Assembly (NCBI GenBank): GCA_964472295.1
Contig: CAYYJQ010000004.1
Location: 11,968 to 75,967 of the forward strand
DNA from: an uncultured Thermodesulfobacteriota bacterium
GTDB taxonomy: Bacteria > Desulfobacterota > GWC2-55-46 > JADFVP01
Direction of reading: 5' to 3'
Length of the DNA: 64,000 bases
Shown here: positions 10,705 through 20,600 of the stretch, in pieces
How positions within the stretch are numbered: the first letter of the stretch is position 1
How the letters are laid out: each line of letters starts with the position of its first letter
Notes under the pieces: generated by a model
Told to the model about the DNA's origin: nothing
The model's input: the letters and a program-made list of their open reading frames with translations, nothing else
Database searches by the model: none
Translations under genes and position numbers: made by a program

Positions 10705-10878
10705 GCAAGAAGGCGTGTTCTTCCTGTACCGGAAATGATGCGTAGCCCGGTCGGTCAAGGACCATGGTTAATTTCATTTTGTCAAGCTTACGGAAGATAG
10801 GGGCTTTCTTTTCGTTAAAATGTGCGGTATAAAATCAAAGGTTTATTTTAAAACAATAATGCAAGGGGGCGATCAGTA

Positions 10879-12189
10879 GTGAATATTTGTGTGGTAGGCA
10901 CCGGATACGTAGGACTTGTGACAGGCACGTGCTTTGCAGACTTTGGTGTCCACGTAACATGCGTGGACAAGGACAAGGACAAGATAGATACTCTCAACAA
11001 CGGAAAACTGCCCATATATGAGCCTGGCCTTCAGGAGATGGTCGACAAGAACGTACAGGCAGACAGACTTGTTTTCACCACAAATCTCGAAGAATCCATC
11101 AGAAACTCCCTTGTTGTCTTTATCGCCGTGGGAACACCTCCAAGAGAAGACGGCTCCGCGGACCTTCAGTACATAAAGGCCGTTGCCGAGACCATTGCTG
11201 ATAACCTCAATGGATACAAGGTCATTGTCACAAAGAGCACCGTGCCCGTTGGCACGGGAACCGTAATAGAGGAGATTATCAGGGAACGTCAGAAGGGAGA
11301 ACATAGCTTTGACATAGCCTCGAACCCCGAGTTCCTCCGTGAGGGCTCGGCGGTGGAGGACTTCATGAGGCCCAACCGCGTGGTCATAGGCGCGCGCCAC
11401 CAGCAGGCCATAGCCATACTAAAAGACCTCTATTCGCCCCTTTATATCCTCGAAACCCCTATTGTCATCACCAACGTCGAGACGGCCGAGCTCATAAAGT
11501 ACGCGTCAAACGCCTTCCTCGCCACAAAGATCTCCTTCATAAACGAGATGGCCAATATCGCCGAGAGGTGCGGCGCTGATGTCAATATGGTGGCAAAGGG
11601 CATGGGCCTCGACAGGAGAATTGGACCCAAGTTCCTCCACCCGGGGCCTGGCTATGGCGGCTCCTGTTTTCCAAAGGACACCCTCGCTATTACCAACATC
11701 GCGCGGCAACATGGTTATGTCTGCAAAATAGTCGAGGCCGTTGTAGAGGTCAACCAGCAGCAGAGGGAGATGGTTGTCGCCAAGGTAAGGGCCGCCCTTG
11801 GTGAACTTACGGGCAAGACAATAGGCGTTCTTGGGATTACCTTCAAGCCAAATACCGACGACATAAGGGAATCTCCCGCCGTATATGTCATAGAGACGCT
11901 CCTTGCCGAGGGCGCTCGTGTAAGGGCCTACGACCCCGAGGGCATGGATAACGCAAGGACTGAATTGTCTGGCAGTCTTACCTACTGTGAGGACGCCTAT
12001 GACACCGCTACTGACTGCGACGCCCTTATAATCATGACAGAGTGGAACCAGTTCAGGAAACTTGATCTTCCGAGGCTCAAGGAACTACTCAAGGCCCCCC
12101 TCATGCTTGATATGAGAAATATCTACGACCCCGATGGCATGAAGGCACTTGGTTTCCGCTACATATGCGTGGGCCGGAAGGCGGGCTAA
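10879..12189 (+). CDS. ugd: UDP-glucose 6-dehydrogenase
   Basis: GTGYVG, SNPEFLREG, KYASNAFLATKISF, GYGGSCFPKD catalytic Cys; GTG start. Confidence 0.95.
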   Translation: MNICVVGTGYVGLVTGTCFADFGVHVTCVDKDKDKIDTLNNGKLPIYEPGLQEMVDKNVQADRLVFTTNLEESIRNSLVVFIAVGTPPREDGSADLQYIKAVAETIADNLNGYKVIVTKSTVPVGTGTVIEEIIRERQKGEHSFDIASNPEFLREGSAVEDFMRPNRVVIGARHQQAIAILKDLYSPLYILETPIVITNVETAELIKYASNAFLATKISFINEMANIAERCGADVNMVAKGMGLDRRIGPKFLHPGPGYGGSCFPKDTLAITNIARQHGYVCKIVEAVVEVNQQQREMVVAKVRAALGELTGKTIGVLGITFKPNTDDIRESPAVYVIETLLAEGARVRAYDPEGMDNARTELSGSLTYCEDAYDTATDCDALIIMTEWNQFRKLDLPRLKELLKAPLMLDMRNIYDPDGMKALGFRYICVGRKAG

Positions 12190-12249
12190 AATTCTATTGA
12201 CTCAGAGCCCCTTAAGTTGTAATCTTAAACGAGTGAGAGCGGGCTTATT

Positions 12250-12648
12250 ATGCGTCTTGGCCATAACAAGAGTCAAAAGAGTAGCGGCAGGATCTCCATC
12301 AAGGCCCTTATATGGATACTGGTCCTCTTCTTGCTCATTTACTCGGCCTATAAACTCACGTACCCTTACGTCTCGTACTACATGCTCAAGACAGACGTTA
12401 AGGAAGAACTGAAACTCTCATATATGTACTCCGACGCTACCCTTAAAAAAAGGATAGTAAAAAAGGCCCACGCATGGAGCGTACCCATAACAACTGATGA
12501 CCTTATATTAAGCCGCGACTTTGATAATATAACCGTAAGACTCAGATACTCGAAAACAATTATATTTTTCGGTAGATACAAGAAAAAGTTTGTATTCAAT
12601 ATTAAGGCTACCACGCCTGTGAGAGACAGAAACGGCACCTTGCGCTGA
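12250..12648 (+). CDS. Single-TM pilin-like exported protein (DUF4845-like)
   Basis: Basic N-terminus, then G, then one hydrophobic helix and a small soluble domain; family call by resemblance only. Confidence 0.6.
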   Translation: MRLGHNKSQKSSGRISIKALIWILVLFLLIYSAYKLTYPYVSYYMLKTDVKEELKLSYMYSDATLKKRIVKKAHAWSVPITTDDLILSRDFDNITVRLRYSKTIIFFGRYKKKFVFNIKATTPVRDRNGTLR

Positions 12649-12697
12649 AGGCCCTGGCGGCCTAAAAAAATACTGAAGTAACAACATATCTTAAAAA

Positions 12698-12802
12698 CCC
12701 TTTAAATTTAATCCTGAGAGATTAAGAAGGGGAGTATCTTGAAGACCGTTAAGACAAAAAATACCTCTGCGCCTCTCCGCCTTCTGGCGGCGGGGTTTTT
12801 TT
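12698..12802 (+). promoter_or_regulatory. PyrR-binding attenuator (binding loop, antiterminator, terminator)
   Basis: CCCTTT..TTAATC-CTGAGA-GATTAA-GAAGGG matches the PyrR loop consensus. GAAGGGGAG (12726-34) can pair with CTCC-G-CCTTC (12775-84). CCGCC-TTCT-GGCGG plus T7 forms a terminator directly before pyrR. Confidence 0.85.
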
Positions 12803-12832
12803 ATGCCTCTTTTTTTGACCAGGTGTGATGTC

Positions 12833-13372
12833 ATGAAGACCACCCTTGTAATGGATTCAGAGCAGATGGACCGCGCCGTGTCACGGCTCGCCCATGAGAT
12901 AGTCGAGCAGAATAAAGACCTCAACAACCTTGTGCTCCTCGGCATCCCAACAGGAGGGTATCACCTCGCGCGCCGTCTCGGTGAGAGGATAGGTGAGATC
13001 TCTGGTACGGAAATAGTCACAGGCGCCCTTGACGCCACCATGTACAGGGACGACATTGGCATCAAGAAAGACCAGCCCGCACTAAAGGAAATGGACATAC
13101 CCGTCTCCATTGACGATAGGGTGGTCATCATGGTCGATGACGTCCTCTTTACGGGGCGCACCATACGGGCGGCCCTTAACGCGCTCATGGACTTTGGGAG
13201 ACCCCTTTGCGTGCGCCTCGCAGTGCTTGTGGACAGGGGCCACAGGGAACTTCCCATAAAAGCCGATTATGTGGGAAAAAACATACCTACATCAAGAACA
13301 GAAGGAGTAAAAGTCCTCCTTGACGAGACAGACAATGAGAACGGCGTATTTGTCTCTACTGAAGAGGGCTGA
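12833..13372 (+). CDS. pyrR: Bifunctional pyrimidine attenuation regulator / uracil PRTase
   Basis: LDATMYRDD, VIMVDDVLFTGRTIRAAL, LVDRGHRELPIKADYVG. Start moved to ATG 12833, past the terminator. Confidence 0.95.
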   Translation: MKTTLVMDSEQMDRAVSRLAHEIVEQNKDLNNLVLLGIPTGGYHLARRLGERIGEISGTEIVTGALDATMYRDDIGIKKDQPALKEMDIPVSIDDRVVIMVDDVLFTGRTIRAALNALMDFGRPLCVRLAVLVDRGHRELPIKADYVGKNIPTSRTEGVKVLLDETDNENGVFVSTEEG

Positions 13373-13407
13373 AACCTTCTTGAAAAAGTTTCTCAGGACT
13401 TTAGACA

Positions 13408-14340
13408 ATGCGGCTTGACAGAAAAGACCTTCTCGCCATAGAGGACCTTAGAAGAGAGGAATTGGCCCTTATCCTCGATACCGCCGCTTCCTTCAAGGAA
13501 GTATCTGAAAAAGATATAAAAAAGGTCCCCACCCTTCGCGGAAGGACCATAATTAACCTCTTCTACGAGCCCTCTACGAGAACGCGCACCTCCTTTGAGA
13601 TAGCCGCGAAACGCATGAGCAGTGACGCCGTGAATATCTCCGTTGCCGCAAGCTCCGTCACAAAGGGCGAGACCCTATCCGACACGGCCCGTAACCTCGA
13701 GGCCATGCGCCCTGACTGCATAGTGGTGCGCCACAACTGCGCGGGAACGCCTGCCATGCTCGCAGAGCGTCTCTCATGCTCCGTCGTGAACGCCGGGGAC
13801 GGCGCGCACGAACACCCCAGCCAGGCGCTTCTCGACATGTTCACCATAAGAGAAAAAATGGGCCGGTTAAAGGGCCTTAAGGTTGCCATAATAGGAGACA
13901 TAACACATTCCCGCGTGGCTCGCTCCAACATACACGGACTTACAAAGATGGGAGCAGAGGTCATGGTGGCGGGCCCGGCCACAATGCTCCCTATTGGCAT
14001 AGAAGACCTCGGCTGCCGGGCAACTACCGACCCTTGTGAGGCCATAAGAGACGCCCACGTGGTAATGATGCTCAGAATACAGTTTGAACGCCTCGAAGGG
14101 CCAACCATCCCCTCGGCGCGCGAATACTCCCGCGTATGGGGACTGGATAAGGAAAAACTCGGCCTCGCCGCCCCTGGAGCGATAGTAATGCACCCCGGGC
14201 CCATGAACAGGGGAGTGGAAATATCCCCCGAGGTGGCTGACGGGCCAAACTCCCTTATACTTGAACAGGTCACAAACGGCGTGGCAATAAGAATGGCTAT
14301 CTTCTACCTCCTCCTCGGAGCCGTAAGAGAAGAAGAATAG
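13408..14340 (+). CDS. pyrB: Aspartate carbamoyltransferase catalytic subunit
   Basis: [33 protein letters not shown]. Confidence 0.97.
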   Translation: MRLDRKDLLAIEDLRREELALILDTAASFKEVSEKDIKKVPTLRGRTIINLFYEPSTRTRTSFEIAAKRMSSDAVNISVAASSVTKGETLSDTARNLEAMRPDCIVVRHNCAGTPAMLAERLSCSVVNAGDGAHEHPSQALLDMFTIREKMGRLKGLKVAIIGDITHSRVARSNIHGLTKMGAEVMVAGPATMLPIGIEDLGCRATTDPCEAIRDAHVVMMLRIQFERLEGPTIPSAREYSRVWGLDKEKLGLAAPGAIVMHPGPMNRGVEISPEVADGPNSLILEQVTNGVAIRMAIFYLLLGAVREEE

Positions 14341-14379
14341 AAAAAAAGAGGTAAAAGAAAGAAACAGAAGGGAAAGAGT

Positions 14380-14441
14380 GTAGGGTGGGCACTGCCCACC
14401 AGAAGACAGGTAGGTTGGGTAGAGCATAAGCGAAACCCAAC
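14380..14441 (+). repeat. REP1+REP2 doublet between pyrB and pyrC
   Basis: GTAGGGTGGGCACTGCCCACC (14380-14400) and GTAGGTTGGGTAGAGCATAAGCGAAACCCAAC (14410-14441). Confidence 0.88.
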
Positions 14442-14454
14442 AACTATTGAAAAA

Positions 14455-15762
14455 ATGAAAAAACTCATCATAAAGAACGGGCGTCTCATCGACCCCTCTT
14501 CGGGCATTGACGGCCTCTACAACATATACGTTACCGATGGCCGCGTTGAATCGATAAAGGACACTACGAATGACGAGACAGGCGCCGTGGAGCAAGGCCC
14601 TGATCTCAAGGTCATCGACGCCTCCGGACTCCTCGTTGTTCCGGGCCTCATAGACATTCACGCCCACTTCCGCGAGCCGGGCTTTGAGTACAAGGAGACC
14701 ATCTTGACTGGCTCAGAGGCCGCGGCGGCTGGCGGATTTACTACCGTCTTCTCCATGGCGAACACCGACCCCGTGAACGACAACCAGTCTGTTACGCGCT
14801 ATATACTCAAGAAGGCCGAAGACGCCCTCGTAAGGGTCCTGCCCATAGGCGCCGTAAGCATTGGCCAGCAGGGAAAAGTCCTTACAGAGATGAACGAATT
14901 ACGCGACGCCGGCTGCGCGGCCTTCTCTGACGACGGCATTAACATAAATGACCCCGTTCTCATGCGGCGCGCCCTTGAGTACGCCCGGCCCCTTGGCGTT
15001 CCCGTCATCACCCATGCCGAAGACAGGGCCCTTGCCGCGCGCGGCTCCATGAACGAAGGCCCTGTCTCGACACGTCTCGGTCTTACGGGAATACCCTCTG
15101 CCGCGGAAGAGATAATCGTTGCCCGCGACATAGCCCTCGCTGAACTTACGGGAGGAAGGCTCCATGTGGCCCATGTAAGCACAGCCGGAAGCGTGGAACT
15201 TATTAGGGACGCAAAGAAAAGGGGGATTAAGATAACAGCCGAGGCCACACCTCACCATCTTTTCTTCAGTGACGAGGCCGTGGGTACCTATGATACGAAC
15301 TTCAAGATGAGCCCGCCACTGCGGTCGAAGGAAGACGTTACGGCCCTTAGAGAAGGCCTCAGGGACGGGACCATTGACTGCGTGGCAACAGACCATGCCC
15401 CCCATTCCTCCATTGAAAAAGACGTTGAGTGGAACTCTGCCGCAAACGGCGTAATAGGCCTTGAGACCGCCTTCAGCGTGCTTTATGAACTTGTTGAAGA
15501 GGGCGTGTTCACCCTTACAGAGATAATAACCGCCCTGACTGTAGGCCCGGCGCGCGTCATGGGACTTGAAGCGGGCTCACTGAAGATAGGGAGTTCCGCC
15601 GATATTGTTGTCATTGACCTTGGTACGAAGTGGACCGTGCGCGAAGACAATATTAGGTCGCGCTCAAAGAATACACCTCTTCTCGGTCGCACCCTGCGGG
15701 GTAGGGTAGTAAAGACAATCCTTGAGGGAAGGGTGGTATTTTCAGATGGGCAGGAAACATAG
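14455..15762 (+). CDS. pyrC: Dihydroorotase (type I)
   Basis: DIHAHFREPG, FSDDG, HAED, HVAHVST, ATDHAPH; position in the pyr operon. Confidence 0.96.
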   Translation: MKKLIIKNGRLIDPSSGIDGLYNIYVTDGRVESIKDTTNDETGAVEQGPDLKVIDASGLLVVPGLIDIHAHFREPGFEYKETILTGSEAAAAGGFTTVFSMANTDPVNDNQSVTRYILKKAEDALVRVLPIGAVSIGQQGKVLTEMNELRDAGCAAFSDDGININDPVLMRRALEYARPLGVPVITHAEDRALAARGSMNEGPVSTRLGLTGIPSAAEEIIVARDIALAELTGGRLHVAHVSTAGSVELIRDAKKRGIKITAEATPHHLFFSDEAVGTYDTNFKMSPPLRSKEDVTALREGLRDGTIDCVATDHAPHSSIEKDVEWNSAANGVIGLETAFSVLYELVEEGVFTLTEIITALTVGPARVMGLEAGSLKIGSSADIVVIDLGTKWTVREDNIRSRSKNTPLLGRTLRGRVVKTILEGRVVFSDGQET

Positions 15763-15846
15763 CGAGATGTTTATAATATAATGGCGGTTCTAAGCCAGTT
15801 AATATAATATATGGTTTTTATTAAATAATAGTATGGGAGTTTTGCG

Positions 15847-16989
15847 TTGAACAAGGCCATGCTCGCCCTTGCTGACGGCACTGTCTTCGAGGGTTTTTCC
15901 TTTGGCGCCAGAGGTACTGCCGTAGGTGAGGTGTGCTTTAATACCTCCATGGCCGGATACCAGGAGGTCCTCACAGACCCCTCGTACTGCGGCCAGATAG
16001 TGACCATGACATACCCGCACCAGGGCAACTACGGAATCAATGATATTGATATTGAGTCCTGGCGTCCCTGGGTCGAGGGGTTTATTGTCCGCGACCCCTG
16101 CAGAGCGCCAAGCAGCTGGCGGAGCGAAGAGACCCTCTCAACATACATGGAGCGTCACTCCATTGTTGGCATACACGGCATTGATACGCGCGCCCTTACG
16201 CGGATTATACGGAAGAGCGGAGCAATGATGGCCGTAATATCCACAGAGGGGACGGCCGGTGAACTAGTGGATATGGCCTGCACTGCCCCCGGCCTTACGG
16301 GCAGGGACCTTGCCGCCTGTGTCAGCCCCGAGCATTCTTACTCGTGGCACGAGGGGCTCTGGAAGATAAGAGACCCCTTTAACGCCGGCATACAGCCCGT
16401 AAGAGAGAAGAAGTTCCGCGTAGTGGCCTATGACCTTGGCATGAAGCGTAATATCCTGCGTATTCTCCATGACCTGGGGTGCATGGTCACCGTGGTGCCT
16501 GCGTGTACAGGGGCGGACGAGGTCCTCTCCATGAAGCCAGACGGCGTCTTTCTTTCCAACGGACCAGGGGACCCGGCGGCTGTCTCATACGCAATAGATG
16601 CCGTGCGGGAACTCGTTGACTCGGGCCTACCTATCTTCGGCATATGCCTTGGCCACCAGATTCTTGCCCTTGCCCTTGGCGCGCGTACCTTTAAACTGAA
16701 GTTCGGCCACAGAGGGAGTAACCAGCCCGTAAAAGACCTCTCCACTGGAAAGGTTGAGATAACGTCGCAGAACCACGGATTCGCCGTTGACCTTGAGAGC
16801 ATCAAAGGAGACGTGGAACTCACGCATGTCAACCTCAACGATAACACGGTTGAGGGCATACGCCTAAAGGGAAGGCCCGTCTTCTCAGTTCAGTACCACC
16901 CCGAGGCAAGCCCCGGCCCGCACGACTCAAGATACCTCTTTGCAAGGTTCACGGACGAGATGGAGAAAAAAAGAATAAGAAATTCTTAA
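15847..16989 (+). CDS. carA: Carbamoyl-phosphate synthase small subunit
   Basis: [40 protein letters not shown]; TTG start. Confidence 0.97.
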   Translation: MNKAMLALADGTVFEGFSFGARGTAVGEVCFNTSMAGYQEVLTDPSYCGQIVTMTYPHQGNYGINDIDIESWRPWVEGFIVRDPCRAPSSWRSEETLSTYMERHSIVGIHGIDTRALTRIIRKSGAMMAVISTEGTAGELVDMACTAPGLTGRDLAACVSPEHSYSWHEGLWKIRDPFNAGIQPVREKKFRVVAYDLGMKRNILRILHDLGCMVTVVPACTGADEVLSMKPDGVFLSNGPGDPAAVSYAIDAVRELVDSGLPIFGICLGHQILALALGARTFKLKFGHRGSNQPVKDLSTGKVEITSQNHGFAVDLESIKGDVELTHVNLNDNTVEGIRLKGRPVFSVQYHPEASPGPHDSRYLFARFTDEMEKKRIRNS

Positions 16990-16998
16990 GGTTATTTT

Positions 16999-17190
16999 TC
17001 AACTTTCTTTTAGAAAAAAGAAAGTTGAGCAAAGAAAACCAGTGCCCTGCCGCGCTTTGCGCGGCAGGGCGCGTAACATGCCATCTCCTTTTTTCCAGCG
17101 GCCAAAGGCCGCTGGTATTAATTTTCTTTGTCTTACTTTCTTTTTTAAAAGAAAGTAAGGAAATCTTTTTTGGCGGGCAAAGCCCGCCCC
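16999..17190. repeat. Mosaic palindromic repeat cluster between carA and carB
   Basis: B hairpin 16999-17028 (+), GC hairpin 17044-17070, and a complete A-B-C composite in minus orientation 17095-17190. Confidence 0.85.
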
Positions 17191-17230
17191 ATTAAACTAT
17201 CTTTTATATTCTTCTTAAAGGGGTTTTATC

Positions 17231-20200
17231 TTGCCAAGGCGCACGGACATCAGGAAGATACTCATCATAGGTTCAGGACCCATTGTTATTGGTCAGGGCT
17301 GCGAGTTTGATTACTCGGGCACTCAGGCCTGCAAGGCCCTTCGCGAGGAGGGTTTCGAGGTGGTTCTTGTCAATTCCAACCCCGCCACCATAATGACGGA
17401 CCCAGAGACTGCCCCCCGTATTTACATCGAGCCTATTACCGCCTCCATTGTGGAGAAGATTATCGAGCGTGAGAGGCCGGACGTGATACTGCCCACCATG
17501 GGTGGTCAGACTGCCCTGAACGTTGCCGTGGAGTTGGCCGAGGCAGGGGTATTGGAGCGTTTTGGTGTTGAGATGATTGGGGCGAAGTTGCCGGCCATAA
17601 AGAAGGCGGAGGACAGGGAGCAGTTCAAGGCGGCAATGGAGAAGTTGGGCCTCGACGTTCCGCGAAGCCGCAATGTAGGGGACATGGAGGCCGCACGCGC
17701 GGCAATGGAGGAGATGGATTTTCCCGTGATACTCCGCCCGTCCTTTACCCTTGGCGGCACTGGCGGCGGCGTTGCCTACAACATGGAAGAGTATCTTGAG
17801 ATGGTGGCATACGGGCTTGACGCGAGTCCTGTCTCCGAGGTCCTCATAGAGGAATCCGTAATAGGCTGGAAGGAGTTCGAGCTTGAGGTCATGCGTGATA
17901 CGCGCGACAACGTGGTCATTATCTGTTCCATCGAGAACCTTGACCCCATGGGCGTGCACACTGGCGACTCCATTACAGTGGCCCCGGCGCAGACCCTTAC
18001 GGACAAGGAGTATCAGATCATGCGTAACGCCGCCCTTGCCATTATCCGCGAGATTGGCGTTGACACGGGCGGAAGCAATATCCAGTTCTCCGTGAACCCG
18101 AAGACAGGCCGTATGTGTGTAATAGAGATGAACCCCCGTGTCTCTCGTAGTTCCGCCCTTGCGAGCAAGGCCACAGGTTTTCCCATAGCCAAGATAGCGG
18201 CCCTCCTTGCAGTTGGGTACTCCCTCGATGAGATTTCAAATGACATTACAAAAGAGACGCCAGCCTGCTTTGAGCCATCCATTGACTACGTGGTGGTGAA
18301 AGTCCCCCGTTTTGCTTTTGAAAAATTCCCTGACGCCGACCCCACGCTCACCATACAGATGAAGTCCGTGGGCGAGGCCATGGCCATTGGGAGGTGCTTC
18401 AAGGAGTCCCTCAACAAGGCGCTCCGTTCCATAGAGACGGGCTCCTATGGCTTTGAGTGGAAGGTGAGAAAAGACCGCGATATGCCCTTTTTTACCCCGA
18501 CAGATGCCGAACTACAGCGCCTGAAGTCTCGCCTTACGCGCCCCACGCCCGGAAGGCCCTGGTATATAGCCGAGTCGATGAGGGCAGGGTTGAGCGTGGA
18601 AGAAATAGAGGCCCTTACGTCCATAGACCCCTGGTTCCTGAATGAGATAAGAGACATGGTGGTCCTTGAGGCCGAGCTCTTCGAAGCCTCGAAGAGGGGG
18701 GCCTTCCCTGACGGCGAACTCCTTCGGAGCGCCAAGGAGTGGGGTTTTTCCTTCAAATATATGGCGCGTATCTTCGGCATCGAGGAGCATGGGCTTATTG
18801 CCATGGCAGGGGAGGCCGGCATCAGCCCTGTATACAAGACCGTTGACACCTGCGCCGCCGAGTTCGAGGCCTTTACGCCCTATATGTACTCGGCCTATGA
18901 CAGGCCCTTTTACAATCTCACCACCGGAGCCCCTCCCGCGCCAGAGTCAGAAGCCCTGCCCACGGAGAGGAAGAAGGTGGTAATCCTCGGGAACGGCCCC
19001 AACAGGATAGGCCAGGGCATAGAGTTTGATTACTGCTGTGTGCAGGCAAGCCTCGCGCTTCGCGCCGAGGGCATTGAGTCCATCATGGTGAACTGCAACC
19101 CCGAGACAGTCTCAACGGACTACGACACTTCTGACAGGTTATACTTCGAGCCCCTTACCTTCGAGGACGTACTTGCCATAGTGGAGCGTGAAAAACCTCT
19201 TGGCGTTATTGTCCAACTTGGCGGGCAGACACCCCTTCGCCTATCCGTGCCCCTTGAGAGGGCCGGTGTAAGGGTCCTTGGCACATCGAGCGATTCCATT
19301 GACATGGCCGAAGACAGGGAGCGTTTCGAGGCCCTCCTTGAGGGCCTTGGCCTCAGGCGTCCCGAAAACGGCCTTGCCCGCTCAGAGGAGGAGGCCATGA
19401 GCATAGCCGCTTCCATAGGCTATCCTGTAATGGTGCGGCCATCGTACGTGCTTGGGGGGAGGGCCATGGAGACGGTATACTCAGAGGAAAGCCTTGTTGA
19501 TTACATGGGCAGGGCTGTCGAGGCCTCTCCAGAGCATCCCGTTCTCATAGACAAGTTCATAAACGGCGCCATTGAGGTGGACGTTGACTGCATTAGCGAT
19601 GGAGAGCGCGTGGTCATAGGGGCGGTCATGGAGCACATAGAGGAAGCAGGCGTGCACTCAGGGGACTCTGCCTGCGCCATACCTCCCTATTCGCTCGACC
19701 CCGGGGTAGAGGCCGAGATAAAACGCGAGACAGTCCTCCTTGCAAAGGCCCTTAAGGTAAAGGGTCTCATGAACGTCCAGTATGCCGTAAAGGGCGGCGA
19801 GGTATATGTCATAGAGGTAAACCCAAGGGCCTCGCGGACCATTCCCTTTGTAAGCAAGACCATTGGAGCGCCCCTTGCGCGCCTCGCAACCTCCATAATG
19901 GTGGGGAGAACCCTCAATGACCTGGGCTTCATTGAAGAGCGTCACCCGCCCTACACCACTGTAAAAGAGGCGGTCTTCCCCTTCATAAAGTTCCCCGGCG
20001 TCGATACCATACTTGGTCCTGAGATGAAGTCAACGGGCGAGGTAATGGGCATGGGCCCTGATTTTGGCTCTGCCTTTGTAAAGGCCCAGTTTGCCGCTGG
20101 AAACAACATTGTCCTCAAGGGCGTTGTCTTCATTAGCGTAAAGGACGATGACAAGGCCCCCATACTTGCCATAGCAAGGAGGCTTGAGGCCCTTGGCTTC

Positions 20201-20542
20201 GAGATTATCGCTACCACTGGAACAGCGAAATTCCTGAATGAAAACAGCGTTCGCGCCGGCCATGTCTTCAAGGTGGCCGAGGGCAGGCCCCATATTGTGG
20301 ACAGGATAAAGAGCCACGGAGTTGACATGGTGATAAACACCACCTTTGGTGCCGAGAGCGTTCGGGACTCCTACTCCATACGCCGCACCACCCTGGACTT
20401 TGGCATACCCTACTTTACCACTCTTGCCGCGGCAAAGGCCGCTCTCCTTGCCATAGAATCGCTCCTTAAATCCAGACTTGAAGTAAAGAGCCTGCAGGAG
20501 TATCATGAGCAGATTGAGTCAAACTCCAGAGACGCCACGTGA
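17231..20542 (+). CDS. carB: Carbamoyl-phosphate synthase large subunit
   Basis: [18 protein letters not shown], duplicated ATP-grasp halves, [18 protein letters not shown]-terminal MGS domain; TTG start. Confidence 0.98.
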   Translation: MPRRTDIRKILIIGSGPIVIGQGCEFDYSGTQACKALREEGFEVVLVNSNPATIMTDPETAPRIYIEPITASIVEKIIERERPDVILPTMGGQTALNVAVELAEAGVLERFGVEMIGAKLPAIKKAEDREQFKAAMEKLGLDVPRSRNVGDMEAARAAMEEMDFPVILRPSFTLGGTGGGVAYNMEEYLEMVAYGLDASPVSEVLIEESVIGWKEFELEVMRDTRDNVVIICSIENLDPMGVHTGDSITVAPAQTLTDKEYQIMRNAALAIIREIGVDTGGSNIQFSVNPKTGRMCVIEMNPRVSRSSALASKATGFPIAKIAALLAVGYSLDEISNDITKETPACFEPSIDYVVVKVPRFAFEKFPDADPTLTIQMKSVGEAMAIGRCFKESLNKALRSIETGSYGFEWKVRKDRDMPFFTPTDAELQRLKSRLTRPTPGRPWYIAESMRAGLSVEEIEALTSIDPWFLNEIRDMVVLEAELFEASKRGAFPDGELLRSAKEWGFSFKYMARIFGIEEHGLIAMAGEAGISPVYKTVDTCAAEFEAFTPYMYSAYDRPFYNLTTGAPPAPESEALPTERKKVVILGNGPNRIGQGIEFDYCCVQASLALRAEGIESIMVNCNPETVSTDYDTSDRLYFEPLTFEDVLAIVEREKPLGVIVQLGGQTPLRLSVPLERAGVRVLGTSSDSIDMAEDRERFEALLEGLGLRRPENGLARSEEEAMSIAASIGYPVMVRPSYVLGGRAMETVYSEESLVDYMGRAVEASPEHPVLIDKFINGAIEVDVDCISDGERVVIGAVMEHIEEAGVHSGDSACAIPPYSLDPGVEAEIKRETVLLAKALKVKGLMNVQYAVKGGEVYVIEVNPRASRTIPFVSKTIGAPLARLATSIMVGRTLNDLGFIEERHPPYTTVKEAVFPFIKFPGVDTILGPEMKSTGEVMGMGPDFGSAFVKAQFAAGNNIVLKGVVFISVKDDDKAPILAIARRLEALGFEIIATTGTAKFLNENSVRAGHVFKVAEGRPHIVDRIKSHGVDMVINTTFGAESVRDSYSIRRTTLDFGIPYFTTLAAAKAALLAIESLLKSRLEVKSLQEYHEQIESNSRDAT

Positions 20543-20563
20543 GCGTAGGTCAGATAAAGCATC

Positions 20564-20589
20564 GGGGCCTGCACGGGTCCTTTTTTTTT
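20564..20589 (+). terminator. Probable intrinsic terminator after carB
   Basis: GGGCCT-GCAC-GGGTCC hairpin followed by T9. Confidence 0.6.
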
Positions 20590-20600
20590 GAAGGCATTTT

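Noticed and set aside
13867-14667. 266-aa minus-strand ORF
   Set aside because: Shadow of pyrB/pyrC.
20543-20600. c-di-AMP (ydaO) riboswitch upstream of kup
   Set aside because: The gap is only 58 nt and holds no ydaO consensus.
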